Assembly (NCBI RefSeq): GCF_036321535.1
Contig: NC_087437.1
Location: 101,992,001 to 102,056,000 of the forward strand
DNA length: 64,000 bases
DNA from: Camelus dromedarius
Lineage: Eukaryota
Direction: 5' to 3'
The position numbers and the translations under genes are program-made. Under the pieces are notes generated by a model, which saw nothing but the letters and a program-made list of their open reading frames with translations, had not been told where the DNA came from and did not search any database. This document shows, piece by piece, positions 1-14,600 of the stretch (positions are counted from its first letter, which is position 1; each line of letters opens with the position of its first letter).

Positions 1-4
1 AGGG

Positions 5-230
5 TTTACTATGTGTCAAACACTTTTCTGGTTTCATTTATTGAAATCAGTACATTCAACCCTCAAAACAACTGTAAGAAAAATGTATTCTGAAAGTTAC
101 TATATTACAGATGAGATCATGGAGGTTTAGAGAAATTGAACAATTTTTCTAAGATATAATGTAACTAATTGATAGTGGATTTGACCTGTATTATCAAGTC
201 TGTTTGCCTTGAGACCACAGGTTTTAAATA
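5..230 (-). mobile_element. MIR SINE remnant
   Basis: Degenerate MIR core in reverse orientation: tactatgtgtca...ttacagatgag...ggaggtttagagaaattgaacaat...gtggatttgacc. Confidence 0.55.
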
Positions 231-1741
231 TAACTCAAATTGAGTTTCTATGTAATTCTACTCTCAGAAGCTACATATATTTACACATATTTACTTATAT
301 GTATTTTATATACATATGTGTATGTTTTGTGTCACTTAAATTCAAAGTTATGGTAACAATGCTATTGGATTGAGTTTCATTAACAGTGAAGTGGTGGAGG
401 TTAAACATCAAATTAGAGAAGACAGGAGGGGATATCATCAGAAGAGCTTAATACCGTCAAGATGTCTAAAGAAAAATTGAATGTCAGGACTCTCCTTGCT
501 TCTAACTTTCTAGTCACATCAGATTTTTTCTATATGTTAATGAGATGTACTTTAATTTCACATGTGGATATTTGAAACAGAAGAGAAAAACTGTTTGATG
601 TACTTCCTGATTTTTAGATATCTGATTTTACTACATCTTATATATAACTTAAAGATTTTTAAAGCTTCATGACGTTGGTTATTTAGTTATGTTAGTTAGT
701 TAGTTTTCCTGCTAAATTAACTGTGAGTGAATTATCCCTTCCACCTAAAACGTATTTTCTTATATGTACAGGTCTACTGTGACTCCATTGTTTCTGGGGC
801 AATGAGCACTTTTGTCTTATGTAAAGCCTACCTGCATATTGTCCTCAGCTTGTTCAGACTTACCTGAAAGTCTCAATCAGTCCTCATCCCTAGTTTGTAA
901 ATGTCTTCTTTGTTTTTGTTTTTGTTTATTTGCTTCCTATTCTAAGCATGTGAACCCAACAATATAATCTATTTGTCTGTGTTTCATCCCGTTAAACTGC
1001 CTTTTAAGGGCAAGGAGCAAATAAAAACTGTAAATCTCAAACCACTTACTGCAGTGTCAGGCACCTGGGAATGCACGATAAATATGAGTGGATGACAAAT
1101 CTTGGGGAGTTGAGAGGCATAAATAAAGACAAGGAGACTGGAAATCTAGTACCACACAACTCAGGCAACTTGCTTTGCCTTCAGAAACCTTTACAGAGTT
1201 AACGTCAAAACATCACCAAGTTTTGCGGTGATTAGCTCTATCCTGTCTTCTCTCCCTTTTACAGTGCAGGGAGCATAATGCTTAGTATTGATTTTACTCT
1301 GATGATTGCTTAACAAGCATAGTTATGCCTAAGTGACTGATGAGACAAGTGACCTGCCAAAGTGGCAAAGGAAGAAAGAAATGTATCCACCGCAGAGGTA
1401 AAACAATTAGAATGAAATATACTGACCAGGCCTTGCCAGTGTTGACTTGCTGAGTCAAACTTTAAGTATGTCTTTTCTTAATAGGAGGAGGAAGATAAAT
1501 TGCATAGGGATACAGGCATAGCTTTGCAGAGTTTCTGTGTGATTTCTGAATTTGTTTCCACAATAGTTATGCTGACTATTCTTACATAGTGAAATTGAGA
1601 TCATTCACCTTATATGGCTTGATCATTATTAAATGTTATTAAATGTTCTACCTTACTGAAACATTTTTAAAAATTAAGGAAAAGTTCTCTGTGTTAGACA
1701 GAAGAACAGTTATGCTTTTGCCCCAAAGTGATATTTGAACA

Positions 1742-2247
1742 TTTTTTAAAAAATTTTTTATTGAGGTATAGTCAGTGTACAATGTTGTGTCAATTTCTGA
1801 TGTACAGCACAATACTTCAGTCATGCATGAATATACATATATTCATTTTCATATTCTTTTTCAATATAAGCTGCTATAAGATATTAAATATATTTCCCTG
1901 TGCTATATAGTACAGACTTGTTTATCTATTTTATATACACCAGTCAGTATCTGCAAATTTCGAACTCCCAGGTTATCCCTTCCCACCACCCTCCTTCCCG
2001 GGAACCACACGTCTGTATTCTATGTCTGTGAATCTGTTTCTGTTTTATATATAAGTTTATTTGTCTTTTTTTTTTTAAGATTCTATATATGAGAGATATC
2101 ATATGGTATTTTTCTTTCTCTTTCTGTCTTACTTCACTTAGAATAACAATCTTCAGGGACATCCATGTTGCTGCAAATGGCATTATGTGGTCATTTTTTA
2201 TAGCTGAGTAGTATTTCATTGTATAAATATACTACAACTTCTTTAAA
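1742..2247 (-). mobile_element. Young (camelid-type) L1 3' end, 5'-truncated
   Basis: T-rich tail followed by an L1 3'UTR. Minus ORF 1944-2219 (KYYSAIKNDHIMPFAATWMSLKIVILSEVRQKEKEKYHMISL) matches the L1 ORF2p C-terminal region. Closely similar to the copies at 27932, 35671, 55527 and 56715. Confidence 0.92.
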
Positions 2248-5200
2248 TCTGTTTTTTTCTTAACAAATCAAAATAGGTATTATTTTACTTCAAGGGTAAT
2301 TTACGTAAGAAGGTGATTTTATTTTCTTTCCCTATGCAGATGAGCAATATCAATTCTTTGGAATTAAGTTATTAATATGTGTATCTTTTTAAAAACATAT
2401 AGTTGAGTATTCCCTGTAAATAATTTGATCTTTCAGGAATGTTTTCTTTCAATATTTCTTTCAGTATACATTTTCTTATATTTGTAATTATTTCTTCTTC
2501 AAGGACAACACTCCTCTTTTCCAAATCTTTCATCTTCTCTCAAGTCAGTTTTTATTTATATTTTTCTCTATTTTGACATATACAATTTTCTTGTAATTGT
2601 ACAATTTACTTATTTTGTTACCAGTAATTTTTGTTTCATCTTTTTGTTGCTTCTAATTAAAATTGGTTTCTGTAATGGAAATGAGTTGTCTTATATATAT
2701 ATATTTTTTCTTTCTGTAGTTCTGTCACTTGTTTTTTACTATCTCTACACTTTTCTGGAATGTTCTTTATTTTTAATATCATTTGACCACATAAAAGATA
2801 GCTAATATTTACTGAACACATACACTATTTCTTCAAATCTAAATGAAACCATTTAACTATTCTTGGACAACTTCTGATTCATAAGTATTACGAGTATGTA
2901 TGAGATTTAATAAGAAGCAAAATTATATACTAGATAGTCTGTTACATAGTTTATTTATCTCATTTAATTCCTAACACTGCTCTGAAATATTCATCTTAAA
3001 TATATAGATTGGAGACTGAGAATTATATAGGTGAAAAAAATAATAAATATCATAGTAAAGACATGAAAGATGAAGTGCTAGATGCTAAAGCAGATGATGG
3101 CTAGCCCTCTTAGGTGGGAGAAATGGTAACTCTCCCTCTCCAGCCTATCTAGAAGCTGGTGTAATTATGTGCTAAAGGAAGTCAAGTCTCACTTTTATAG
3201 ATCTGTGGGATACTTATATCTACTAACAAAAGTCAATTCCAAGTTCAAAAACATGTTGAAGAATAGTAAAGATATTTTTAGTATTTCAAAAATGCTAAGG
3301 ACCCAGGTGTATAACTCCTATGTGCCTCTGCTAGGAACTGTGAAGACTAGAACCAAGTAGGAAAAACTATTCTAGACTTGAGTAACATTAGAAAAAAATA
3401 CATTTCTGGATGATTGACAACTCATGAGACTGAGGAAAGAGAGAAGCTGACTTACATGCATAAAAATGAAAACTGAATTTAGGAGGGTTTAGTGACATAA
3501 GCGATCTTAGCATTAATGAGAAATTAGTTTCCTGTAAATGAAGTGATTTTCAGTGATGTAAATTGATTCTGAATTCTTCATAGAACGAATGCAAGGTTTT
3601 AAACCAACTTTTAGATTGAGATCACCACCAGAAAGAGGACATTTACAGCTTTACTTCCTGTTGTTCATACGAGCTAGATATGATGTATGTGCTATTTCAA
3701 CTATTTGTCTTTGATCCAATATGATATCTCCATATCCTTCTCACTGTATCATGGTTGGATATGGCATTACAGTTTGATTTACCACAAAAAGATCTTGTTT
3801 TCTGTACTTAATTACTTTACAGTTAATTCAGAGTTTTTGTACATTTATTTTAGTTAAAATGATACTGTTTTAAGAGACAATAAGATTAATGAATACATTG
3901 ATCTTTCAATCGGTCCTGTGTAATGAGTAATATAAGAAAGAAAAGGCTAGTTCTGCAAAAAAAAAAAAATTTAAGTAAAAGCATGGAATTGTTGAATTTA
4001 TGAATCAGGAAGAATTAACTATCACTGTTTTTGCTGTGCTCAAAATTGAAGTGATATGAATTGAATTTATGGTCTTTGCTAGTATCTGTCCATTCAAAGT
4101 CTTGCGGAATTGAAAGGAGGTAGTTTAGCAAAGAGTGACAGAGGAAGGGCTTTGAAAGCAAGTGGGACCAGGTATAGACACTGCAATTCATATCTGAGAG
4201 TACCTTTGATAAACAACTTGACTTATATAAACTATAAATCATTATACATCATTTAAATATTATACATCACTTAAAGTTTTTTGTCAAAATTGAGACAGCA
4301 AATGAAAAATATTTAGGCTGTCACATAGTGTTCAGTATATATTAGCTTCCTTTTGATTATTTGCATACATTTCTGTTATTTCATATTAATATTATATGGC
4401 TCATCATATTGACAAACATTTAAAAAGAAGATACTAAGGTTTTCTTTTTATTTTCAATCAAGGGCAAGCTTGTTATACAAAAGAAAATATCTCTTGCATC
4501 ATTTTTAAAAAGTTGATTTTTTGAGTATTTAATGTGATTGTTTTGGAAGATACTTTCATTGCAATAGACTCATGCAGTTTTCTGTTGCTAGATTATGTAT
4601 TGCAAATTGCCTCCACATTTACTATCTAATATAGAGATCTGATAGTGCCACTCCATTACTCCAAACACTCACCCTAGTTTCTTAGAGCATATAATTTGAA
4701 GTTTAAACCTTTTAAAATAGAATTTAATTATATTCCCAACTTGGCCCCAATTTAGCTTGCCTTAGATTCTGCTACAGTACTCCTTCCCATCTCTTCATAA
4801 TATGAAATATATTTCTTCTCTTAACATATGGACAGTTATTTAAGAAGATTTAATTTGTTCAGAAGTAGAGCCTATGAAGAAATACTCCTGATTATTTAGA
4901 AAAGTGTAGTATATGTAAATATTTTGTAAGCTGTAGAAATAGCAATAAAATGTTAACAATTTTTATCATCAGTATCCTCTGAAATTATGAAAATCAATGC
5001 ACTTAGTCATTAAATGTTTCTTAAGACAACTCAGGATCCTCCTATATTTATAATTTAAGGCTGGGTTATAACTGAAAAAAATGGATTTAATGTGTGGTTT
5101 AATATATGTAAAATTTCTTCAAAATATTAATATTTAAACCTAAATAATAATTAGAAACTTTGTTTCCTAAGATAGAGCCAATTTTATTATTCCTTAAGGT

Positions 5201-7539
5201 CCTTAGTTGTTTAATTTTGTCAACCAACAAAAGGAAATTGATGGTGTCCTATAATTTAAAGTAGGAATCTGAGCTTGATATTTACATAACAACCTCTCAC
5301 TACCTCATCTTCTATAAATTATGGAAATGCCTAAAGATCTGGACACTATATACTTTCTGGAAATTATGAAAATTTCTGATATGTCACAAAATTATGTTTA
5401 TTCACATAAAAGATTCTACAACTAGAGCAGGATTATGAAAATAAATATCCAAATGTTAAATTTAATTGATGTTAAAACAAACATGAACAGTACAACACAA
5501 CCTGCTTGTTGAAAAATAATTAAATTAATTAGAATTTAAATAAAACTCTCTGCTGCTGTATAGAAAGGGACTGAAGACAGCAGTGGGAGAGAGAGCAAGT
5601 GATGGAGCAAAATATCCATTAGGTGGTAGCTCATGGAATTTGCACACCCAGATAGATTTTATGCTATGGGAATACATTGTGGAGCCAGTGGGCTGACCCT
5701 AGAGACTATGTGCTAAAAAAAATGAAAGCATAATAGATGGGGCTTCCATGGATGATAATTATACAAATAGATAGGAGCCTCTACTCAAATAACTCTCACT
5801 ATCACAGTAAGTCTAGAGAATAAATGTGTCAGTGGATAAGTGAGATATATCACAGCTATGCCTTACAAGTGCATAAATAATAATTATTTACATCTACATA
5901 CTCTCCCTACTAGATATAAATGTCAAGTAATTTTAACTGAAATATATTTTAAATAATACTATACATAGTTCACAAAAATTAAAAATCTCTAAATCATCTT
6001 ATAGCAAAGATATTAAAATTTTAATATTTAATTTATGTGTTAATTTATAAGCTGGCAGTTCGGATGTGTAATATATACATACAAATATACAAATAAGTAC
6101 ATATTTAATATCTAACATCACAAACATCTTTTTTCTTTCTTTCAAAATCAAAATGTAAAAATGTACTTGTTCTATAAATGAAAATATCCAGAAATGTATT
6201 ATAATACTGTAAAAATCAGTGAAAAAATTTGGAGCTAAACTTTATAAATAATCTATTTTATAGAAGTTATTTCTTCCAGAAGTAACTGGAATGTTTCATC
6301 ACAGAAAAGCTCTGAGTCAAATGTGTAGGCACAACTAGAAAACTTTGTAAATAAATAAAGCAGCACGGTCTGTAAAGATGTACTTCATTCTCTAAGGAGG
6401 AAATTTCTAAAATTTTAAGATCTCATTGCTTGGTATCCTTTTAAAAAAAAGTGTTTGACATTTTTAAAATAGCTTAACAATGATTTTTCTTTTTTGTTTT
6501 TAAAATTATGAATGTATTTTCTGTTAAATGGTATTTTCACCGTTCAATATATGCTGAAAACAGTTCAACAAAATGGGGATTGCCAGGGTAAGGGAAGAGA
6601 GGGCCTTCTCAACATTTCATCAAAGGCAAAAGAAAGAGAGGGTGCTTTAGTTTAACAAAACCTGTTGTGATTGAAACCAACACAGTCATCCTTTTTTATT
6701 AGGTCTTGAACTGATAACAATTTTCAAGTGTCAATAAACACAGACATGAAGCCTTCTATAGCCCTTTCAGGTGTTTACAGGTACGATAGAATCTTACGGA
6801 CTCCTTAACTGTGCCTAAGGCTATTACTTCTTCCATTATGATTTTTTTTTCTTTTTTTAATTATGTTTGTGCTTTGACCAAGTTTTCGTCAAAGGTCAAA
6901 GTATAAATTTATTGCCTGAAGGCTTGTTTTTTGAGTCCAAAGAAACTATCAGCTAAAATAAAGGATCTTCCAGTAACATATCCTATTCTAGCATCTAGTT
7001 CACCAAGAGATTTACAATGAAACTAAAGATAAATAAATTCCTTAGATGGAAAGTGTCAGGTACAGAGCTAAATAAGTTATTCCTATATTTACAATGATAA
7101 GCCAGTGAGATAGCTTAGATACCGTCAGTTTGGGTAACATAGAGAGGCTGTGTTGATGATCATCAAAGTTTCAGGCTGGGGGGTGGAGGTGGAAGGATGG
7201 TGGTAAACATATCCCATAGACTTGTGAGCATTATCATGAGGAAGAGTATAAACAACAAAAACAGTAGCAACAAAAGCAACAACAACCATAAGCAATCCAC
7301 GCCACCCGAATTCCTGGAGATTCAGAGAAAACGCAGAACTGAAATGAAACAGACCTAAACTAGCAATCTTGCTCCATCTCTTAGTAGCAGTGTCTCGTGG
7401 AGCATAACTCTGTAACAGTTATACTTGTTATACGCTCCTATGGCTAGTAGTCTGTAGTTTGCTAAGTCTTGTTTTAGAAGATAGTAAACAAGAGGAAAAC
7501 TATTAGGAGACGATGTTGGAAGACATGGTAATAGACTCT

Positions 7540-7745
7540 TTATCAAATACTTCAGACTCATTTATAGCCTACCACCTCCCCTGCATTTCCATTTGGATAT
7601 ATGATAGGCAGACAAATCAACTATAACATCCAAACTGGAGCTTCAGAACTCCTCCCAAAAACCTGATCTCCAACAGACTTTCTCAACTCAAGTTATCAGT
7701 AACCTCACATGTTCAGGTGCTCAGGTCAAAAACCCTGCGATCTAG
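7540..7745 (+). mobile_element. L2 LINE fragment
   Basis: L2-like motifs cttcagactcatttata...catttccatttggatat...aacatccaaact...ggtgctcaggtcaaaaacc. Confidence 0.5.
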
Positions 7746-8639
7746 GTTGCATAAATACATGTCCTTTAAAAGATTTAAGGTGATGGAAGACACCTTTTAC
7801 TTGAAAATGAAATATTGCAAGATCTCTTAAAAACTAGGCTGAGAACTGGCAGGCTGTCAGACCTGTCTCATTTTAATGGCCCAAACAAGTCACAGGCTGC
7901 ATACCAAGTTGAACGGCCCTTTTTGTAGGAGGGTCTACGTAGTCTCATGGCAAAAAGTAAACAAGTGAGGACAGTAATGCAGTCCACTGATAGAATAATT
8001 TCACTTGCCCCTTGTGTACTTGTATTTATTCATGGAACAAGATATACCACCAAATGTTCACTCGCTAGGTCATGAATAGTTAGTGGCAAGATATCCTTCC
8101 TCCCTCCTTTTTTAAAGATACATTTAGGTAGAAGTATTAAAATTATTAAATAAGGATAATAAGAAATGTACAGCTTATGATGAGTATTGTGAGTAAATAA
8201 GAAGGATATTGTGATTTTGTTTAGCCAGTTAGGTGACATTTAAGTTGAGATGTATAAAGGGAGAACATATAAGAAAAACCCAAAGATAATTTGAGGTAGA
8301 ACAGTGCAAGTGTATGTATACTTGTATACATGGATGGCTGTGTATGTGTTGATGAAAGCATAGACTATGGCATCAAAAGTACTGAATTCAGCTTCTAACC
8401 GCAGCTCACCAAGTGCGTGATGTGGGGAAGTTATTTCATCTCTCTTGCTGCAGTTACAGATACATAATAAAATAAAGCAACACTGAGAGCAGACACCTAC
8501 ATGGGCAGTAAAGGGACAACTTCAAAATGAGTGTTTTAAATGATGGACTTAAACATTCAGAACTATACTTTATACATTACAGTAATGCTAACTTCTTGAA
8601 TACATATTTAAACAAAAATTTACTTTATACATTATAAAT

Positions 8640-8865
8640 AGCAATAACTAACATTTTTGAATACTTGTATTAGATCCTTTCAATGATTTACTTATTTAAT
8701 ATCCAAGCCATCTGTGTGAGAAAAAAATATGATTATTATCCTTATTTTATAGTTGAGAAAACAAAGATTTAAAGATGCTGTTTGCCTGCAAAAACAAATC
8801 TAAGACAGTTGAAACTGGAATTTGTGCCCATTCAGTCTGAGTCTAAAGCTGTATGCTTAGCTACT
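8640..8865 (-). mobile_element. MIR SINE remnant
   Basis: attattatccttattttatagttgagaaaaca...ctggaatttgtgcccattcagtctgagtctaaagc resembles the reverse MIR core. Confidence 0.5.
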
Positions 8866-9084
8866 AGACTGGATTTCATTGGGCAGTGCTTTAGAACGTT
8901 TTAAATCCCTTTTGTATTTATGTAATTAGTGTTACACAAGTAACGGGTACATTTAAAAAGGAAAACATACAGAATAAGTACTTTTATTTTTGTTTCTCCA
9001 CATTTAAAATGTGCCCTTAAACACCCCCACCTCTATTTTCCTACTTAGAGGTAATCATTCATAACAGTTCAGTGTATACCTTTA

Positions 9085-9497
9085 AATTTTTTTTTAATTT
9101 TAAGACCTTATTTTTTAAAATAGTTTTAGGTTTACAATAAAATCGAGAGGGAGGTACACATATTTACCATTATACCGCCTTCCCCCACACGTGCATAGCT
9201 TCCCCTGTTATCAGCATCACTCACCAAAATGGTACTTTTTTTTACCAAAGATTAATCCTAAATTGATACATCATGATTACTGAAGTCTTATTGCCCCAAA
9301 GTTGGGGTTCTCCCTTGGTGTTGCACAGTCTAAGGGTTTAGACAAATATGTAATGATGTATTTCCATCATTATAATATCAGACAGGATATTTTCACTGCC
9401 CTGAAGATCCTCTGTGCTCTGCCTGTTCATCCAGCCAGCCAACCCCTGGCAACCACTGATGGTTTTATTGTCTCCTTCATAGTTTTACCTTTCCCCG
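9085..9497 (-). mobile_element. Old L1 (L1MC/L1MD-like) 3' end
   Basis: tagttttaggtttacaataaaatcgagaggg...aacccctggcaaccactgat. Paralogous to the longer copy at 19950-21325. Confidence 0.8.
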
Positions 9498-11214
9498 CTG
9501 ATGATCTACAGTAATCTCAACAAGACTAACAGAATGCTAATCTTCCCTTTTCCTACTAGAAACTGTTCTTTATTCCCAATTTTCTGTCCAGTGAAAAATA
9601 TTAGTGCTAATCCTAGTATCCAGTTTTGGAGTTATAGACTCACAATTATTCTTTTCAGTTAATAATGCCATTTTCTGCCTGACAATGTCCTACTGATAGC
9701 AATTTGACATTTATTATTGTGAACATTTAGTAATATTGCCATTTTAGAGACCATCAGTTTTTTTCTGACTCCTGTGTCTTCTACAGACATGATCATTTTA
9801 TTTCTGTATTTAATGTTTTTTCAGTGATACTCACTTTTAAATGCTTACTGGTCAGTAAACAAATAAAAAATACGTAAAACATCCTAAAGTATGACTGTAT
9901 ATTTTACTCTCAAACTCTCTTGCCTGATACTCCATACCGTGCATTTTCCAGTTTAACACTATAATCAATCGCTATTAATTGTCCTAGTGAATTATTACAC
10001 ACATCAAATTACTTTATTCTTCCAACCATTTATACACCTTGTTAGAAATTAACCTTTGAAAAATGAGTGTTTGTTTGATTTTATTAACTAGATGCCAAGA
10101 TTCTCCTATCAATTAAGTATTTTTGTGCAACAGACTTGATTGAGCTTTTCCTTAATAATATTATTTAAAATCTTCAATAGAGTCTTCAAAATCCTGACTC
10201 ACATTTCAAGTTTTGTTTAGATTTTTTTCATTTGTATGAATGTTTTCTCAATTTTACTATGCTTTGCATTCTATTATTCAGTAGAAAATGTAGCTATCTA
10301 AGGGGATGATTTACAACATTTATTTAAGAGTTAGTGTCATGGCACTAACTAAATAATACCTTCTTGAAACTCTCTTTGAATGGCTATGTTAATATTGACA
10401 TGTTTATATTCATACATTTTAGTTGTTTCTGTGCACACATAAATTGTGCTTGTGTGTGTGTGTGTGTCTGATAGTTGATCATTATGTTTTATGTATGAGG
10501 CATCAGTCTAATGGTAAATGTTCTGGTACAAGTCCTTTGCTGGCCAATTTTACTTTAACTTTTATGTATCAGCATGAATATTCATAATACATAGCAATTT
10601 TACAAATGTGCTTGAGTAGACAGCAATAATTGCTGCAATGTGTTGAGAGTTAAATTAACTGAAGAAAACAAAAGTGGCAGAACTAATTAAAAATCTGGAA
10701 CAAGAATGAATGGTGATTTTTTTTTCTAGTGGCTTATAAAATGTTTAGTAGCCAATTCATTTGTGAGAGAAAAACATAGTATAATTAAGAGATTATTTTT
10801 GTTCAGGATGATTGAATATTTGTTATATTTTTACTAATTATTTTATCATTAAAACATACAAAAATAATTAGCTGAAACAAAGATCTCATATATGCCTGAA
10901 AAAAATTCTGTTTTTAGGGAAAATAATTCATAATTAATTAATCAATTCAATAAGCAATTCCATTCTATAACTACCATATGTAAGTAAATATACTAAATGA
11001 TGTATGGGATTAACTACTGACTAAAATACAGTACTTGACCTAAAGACTAATCCAACTTACATAAAAATAAATTTTAAATTAACCTGTTAGAATCAAGTTT
11101 TATGCAAGTGAAGAGATTGCATTTTGAATCATAGTAAGAGAATATCAGGGGAAGATTTAGGAAGAAGAGCATTTTATGGAGAGAAAATATGAACTTGGCA
11201 TTGTGGTACAAAGG

Positions 11215-11600
11215 CAGTGTGTTCACAGAAATAGCGTTCTTATTCTTCCTTGGTACCCAGTAAGAGTAACCTACATTTCAGCCTCCTTGGCAGTTGAGTG
11301 TGTCCATGTTACTGAGGTTCAGCCTGGAGAATGTTTCCAGACCCTTGCATAATACTATCCTCTTCCTTTCTTCCTCCATGTTCTTGCTGGAAGCAAAAGA
11401 CTCAAAGCCATTAAACGTGGAACCCCATAATGGAAAGATCCTGACTGCGTGATGCTTATGTTGGGTGAATACCATTTAGTGAATATCCATGACAGACAGT
11501 TACATGAGTGAGACATAGTCTGTGTGGGTGTTAAACCTTTGATATTTGAGAGTTAACCCGTTACAGCATCAGATATTGTCCAACCAGTTCACAAATATCA
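11215..11600 (+). mobile_element. Old MaLR LTR (MLT1I/J-like)
   Basis: ctacatttcagcctccttggcagttgagtgtgtccatgttactgag...tacatgagtgagacatag...tgttaaacctttgatatttgagag are typical of old MLT1 LTRs. Confidence 0.55.
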
Positions 11601-14600
11601 TAGGTAACATGGAGGAGCATAGGGAAATGTAAAAATAGGAAAATGGGAAAGCAGATTGGAAGCTGATTATGAAGGGAGCCATATTCAAGAAAAGTGAATT
11701 TTTTGAATTTATTTTCCAGATGACAAGATGAGATGAGATAGGTGAGATAAAGAGAACTGGCATAAGTAAGAATACTCTGGCAACAAAATGAATGATACAG
11801 GATGATGGGGGAGGAGGTCAGCAAGTAGATCACTTTTAGAAGAACCAAAGTACTTTGATTCCACAAAATGGAAGTATATGGGTAAAATAATTTTAAGGGT
11901 AAAATTAACAGGCTTTTATAAAGGAACTTTGTAAGTGAGACAAAAAGAAAATCAGAGTCTGGAAATGACTCAAGACAGTTCTTTAGAGAAGTAGAGAAAC
12001 TTGATGAAATAAACCGCAGAAAGAAACGGTAGAGAATCTTGATTGAATAAACCACACACAGGGTTGAAATCTGGTTTTGCTGAGGAATGGCCTACTGAAG
12101 ATTCTCTCAGGCTCACAGTAGATTCTCAGAAATGTGTTAGGGTCATTTTGTGCCAATTACTTGTGTGTAATGAGTAGGGAATATGTGGTCAGGATCTCAA
12201 GTGCAGGGCAACTAAAAGAATGACCCTGGCTCGTATCATACATGGGCCATCTTTATTTTGAAAATGATCTCTTTTCTGACAGGAATGATTAAATCTGAAT
12301 AGCATGAAATGATTGAATTCTGATTATCTAAAATCTGCTTTGACTCAGAATCTTTGAATATTCATATAACTTAGCATTAAAAATATATCATGTGTTTTTT
12401 GACAACTCCCTATCAATCTTATTATCATCAGTGTGGGAAATCTCCAGAGAGAAAAGAGTAAACAGAAAATTACAAGAAAAAAGATGTTTGTAAGAAACAA
12501 TGGAAAATTTATTAGTTCTGTTATTAGTTCTGTTTTCTGGTTTATTTGAAGATACAACTGGGACAGACAAGTTTTGTCTTTTAACTGGAATATTTAATTC
12601 ATTGAAATACATTGTTATCTTTCTTATATTTGGATTTATGTCTACTGTCTTACATTTTCCGTTTATCTCAACTTTTTACATTCTTTCTCTTCTATAGTAG
12701 CTCCTTTGGAATTAGTCAAGATTTTGTTTTAAATTTTGATTTCCCCTCTGTTAGTACTGATGTACACACTTCACTCTTTGAGTTTTACCCTCTCAATGTG
12801 AATTTAGATGAGAAATTTTACCACTTTTCAGATAATATTATCACTCTCTCATCATTATGTGATTGTTTTAATTAATTCTATTCCTCTATATAATTAAACT
12901 GTTATAAAACATTATTTTAATCTTAAGTAAATATTAATTTAATTGAATTGTATAGTTAGCATCCCTGTTGCTTTTCATTTATTTCTACATTTCTGTGTTT
13001 GCCTCTGGGACCATGTTTCTTCTGCCTAAAGCACTACTTTAATGTATTTTTAAAACAAGTCTGAAAGAACACTGCTCAGCATTGTACTTTTCTATGCTAC
13101 AAGATTTATGAAGGTGCAAGGTCCTTTCTTTTATGGGGAGAGACCAACATTTAACAGATTGCAGGGAAATGTTAAAAATTAAACAGGAAACATGATTGCT
13201 GTTAGCTTACCTTTTTTCCCTCAATATTCTTTGCTGTCATCAAACAACCAAGAGCTCCTCTCTTATCCCACTCTTGGTTGATAAACTACTTTTTTTATTT
13301 ACTGATGAGAAGTTAGGCAACAAGAGGAGAAACCATAGGGATAATGCAATCACAGCTCACCATCTACTAAGCATCTACCTATAAAGAACAAAATTCAACA
13401 TAAAGGTGTTACACTTTGACCTTGGGTGTTCTTAGAAGACTCTTTACCCTGCTTTGGATTGCTGTCCTGTAGAGAGGTGACTGAGCTTTGGCATACTATG
13501 GATCTTGATCTTGGTCTGCTGTAGAAAAGGGACCTGCTCCCCAGGTCATGGAGGCTTTGGCAATGACTTGAAGGCCAGATGGATGGCTCTGCAGAGTATG
13601 TGAAGCTGACATTCCTTGATGTACTTTTATTCTTGGGAGCAAGCTATTTGCAGAGAAAATACATTCTGCTGATCCTTTCAGGAAAATTCTCCTTCTGAGA
13701 TGTTGGGAATTGAAGAGTAGAGAGGTTGAAGTCCATCTGGGTCCAGTGTTGTCTTTCCTAGGGAAAAAAAATCTTTATTTTATAATGAACTACATAGACA
13801 AATTAGATAATACTTAACAGTAATAAAGGTAATACCTTAGATTATTTCTGCAACTTAGGCTGCAGGGGAATGGAGAGTCAACCAATTTTTTTAATTTTGC
13901 TTTATTTCTCAATTAGTTTAGAACCTGGACAGTTACATTTACTAAAATGTATGCATATGTTGGTAAAGAGGGAAACAGACAGAGAAAGGGAGAATGAATA
14001 AGAGGTGAGATTCATTTTATTTGAAGAGTTGAGAATATGGGGGAAATTTTTTCAGAGGAAAGTGTGTCTCATTGCTATTTTATAAAATAAATAGGAATTT
14101 TTGTTTTAGAAGGAAAAGCTGGAAAAGAGTAAATGCAGAGGATTTTATGCCCAAAGAAATAAAAATATGAAACAAACCTAGATGACCTAGATTGGTTTTA
14201 TGTATATCTCAAGGCAGCCATGCCTTTCTCCCTGGAAGAATGTCCATTTTTTACCCTCATCCTCAACTCAAAAAGTGTGTACTTTTTCAAAAAAATATAT
14301 TTAATGATTTTATTTTTTAAAAATTATGACGCTTCTTGTCATCTTTTATATATACCTGAAGCACTTTCTCTTTCTGTTTCTAACAGGACCTTCCTCCAAA
14401 TGTCAGTCCACATCCATCTGTGTCTTGAACTTCATTCTCTATCTGGACACTTTAGTCATATAAATATGCAAGAGTATCACTTTTCAAAATACATACATCC
14501 AAACAGATAAGCTGCTCTCTCCTTAGTCTGGCACCCTGTCTGCCTCCCTGTTTATCCTCACATGCACACTTCTAGAAAGACTACTTTATACTTGCCCCTC

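Noticed and set aside
1944..2219. 91-aa ORF with clear protein similarity
   Set aside because: It is the L1 ORF2p C-terminal remnant of a truncated L1, not a host gene.
7153..7166. 14-bp perfect palindrome ttgatgatcatcaa
   Set aside because: Several palindromes of this length are expected by chance in 64 kb.
11561..12055. Longest ORF in the window (164 aa, minus strand)
   Set aside because: Low-complexity L/F/S-rich translation of a purine-rich, probably L2-derived tract. No protein family features or exon structure.
13245..13280. 10-bp inverted repeat caaccaagag / ctcttggttg with a 16-nt loop
   Set aside because: About one such stem is expected by chance in 64 kb, and there is no supporting context.
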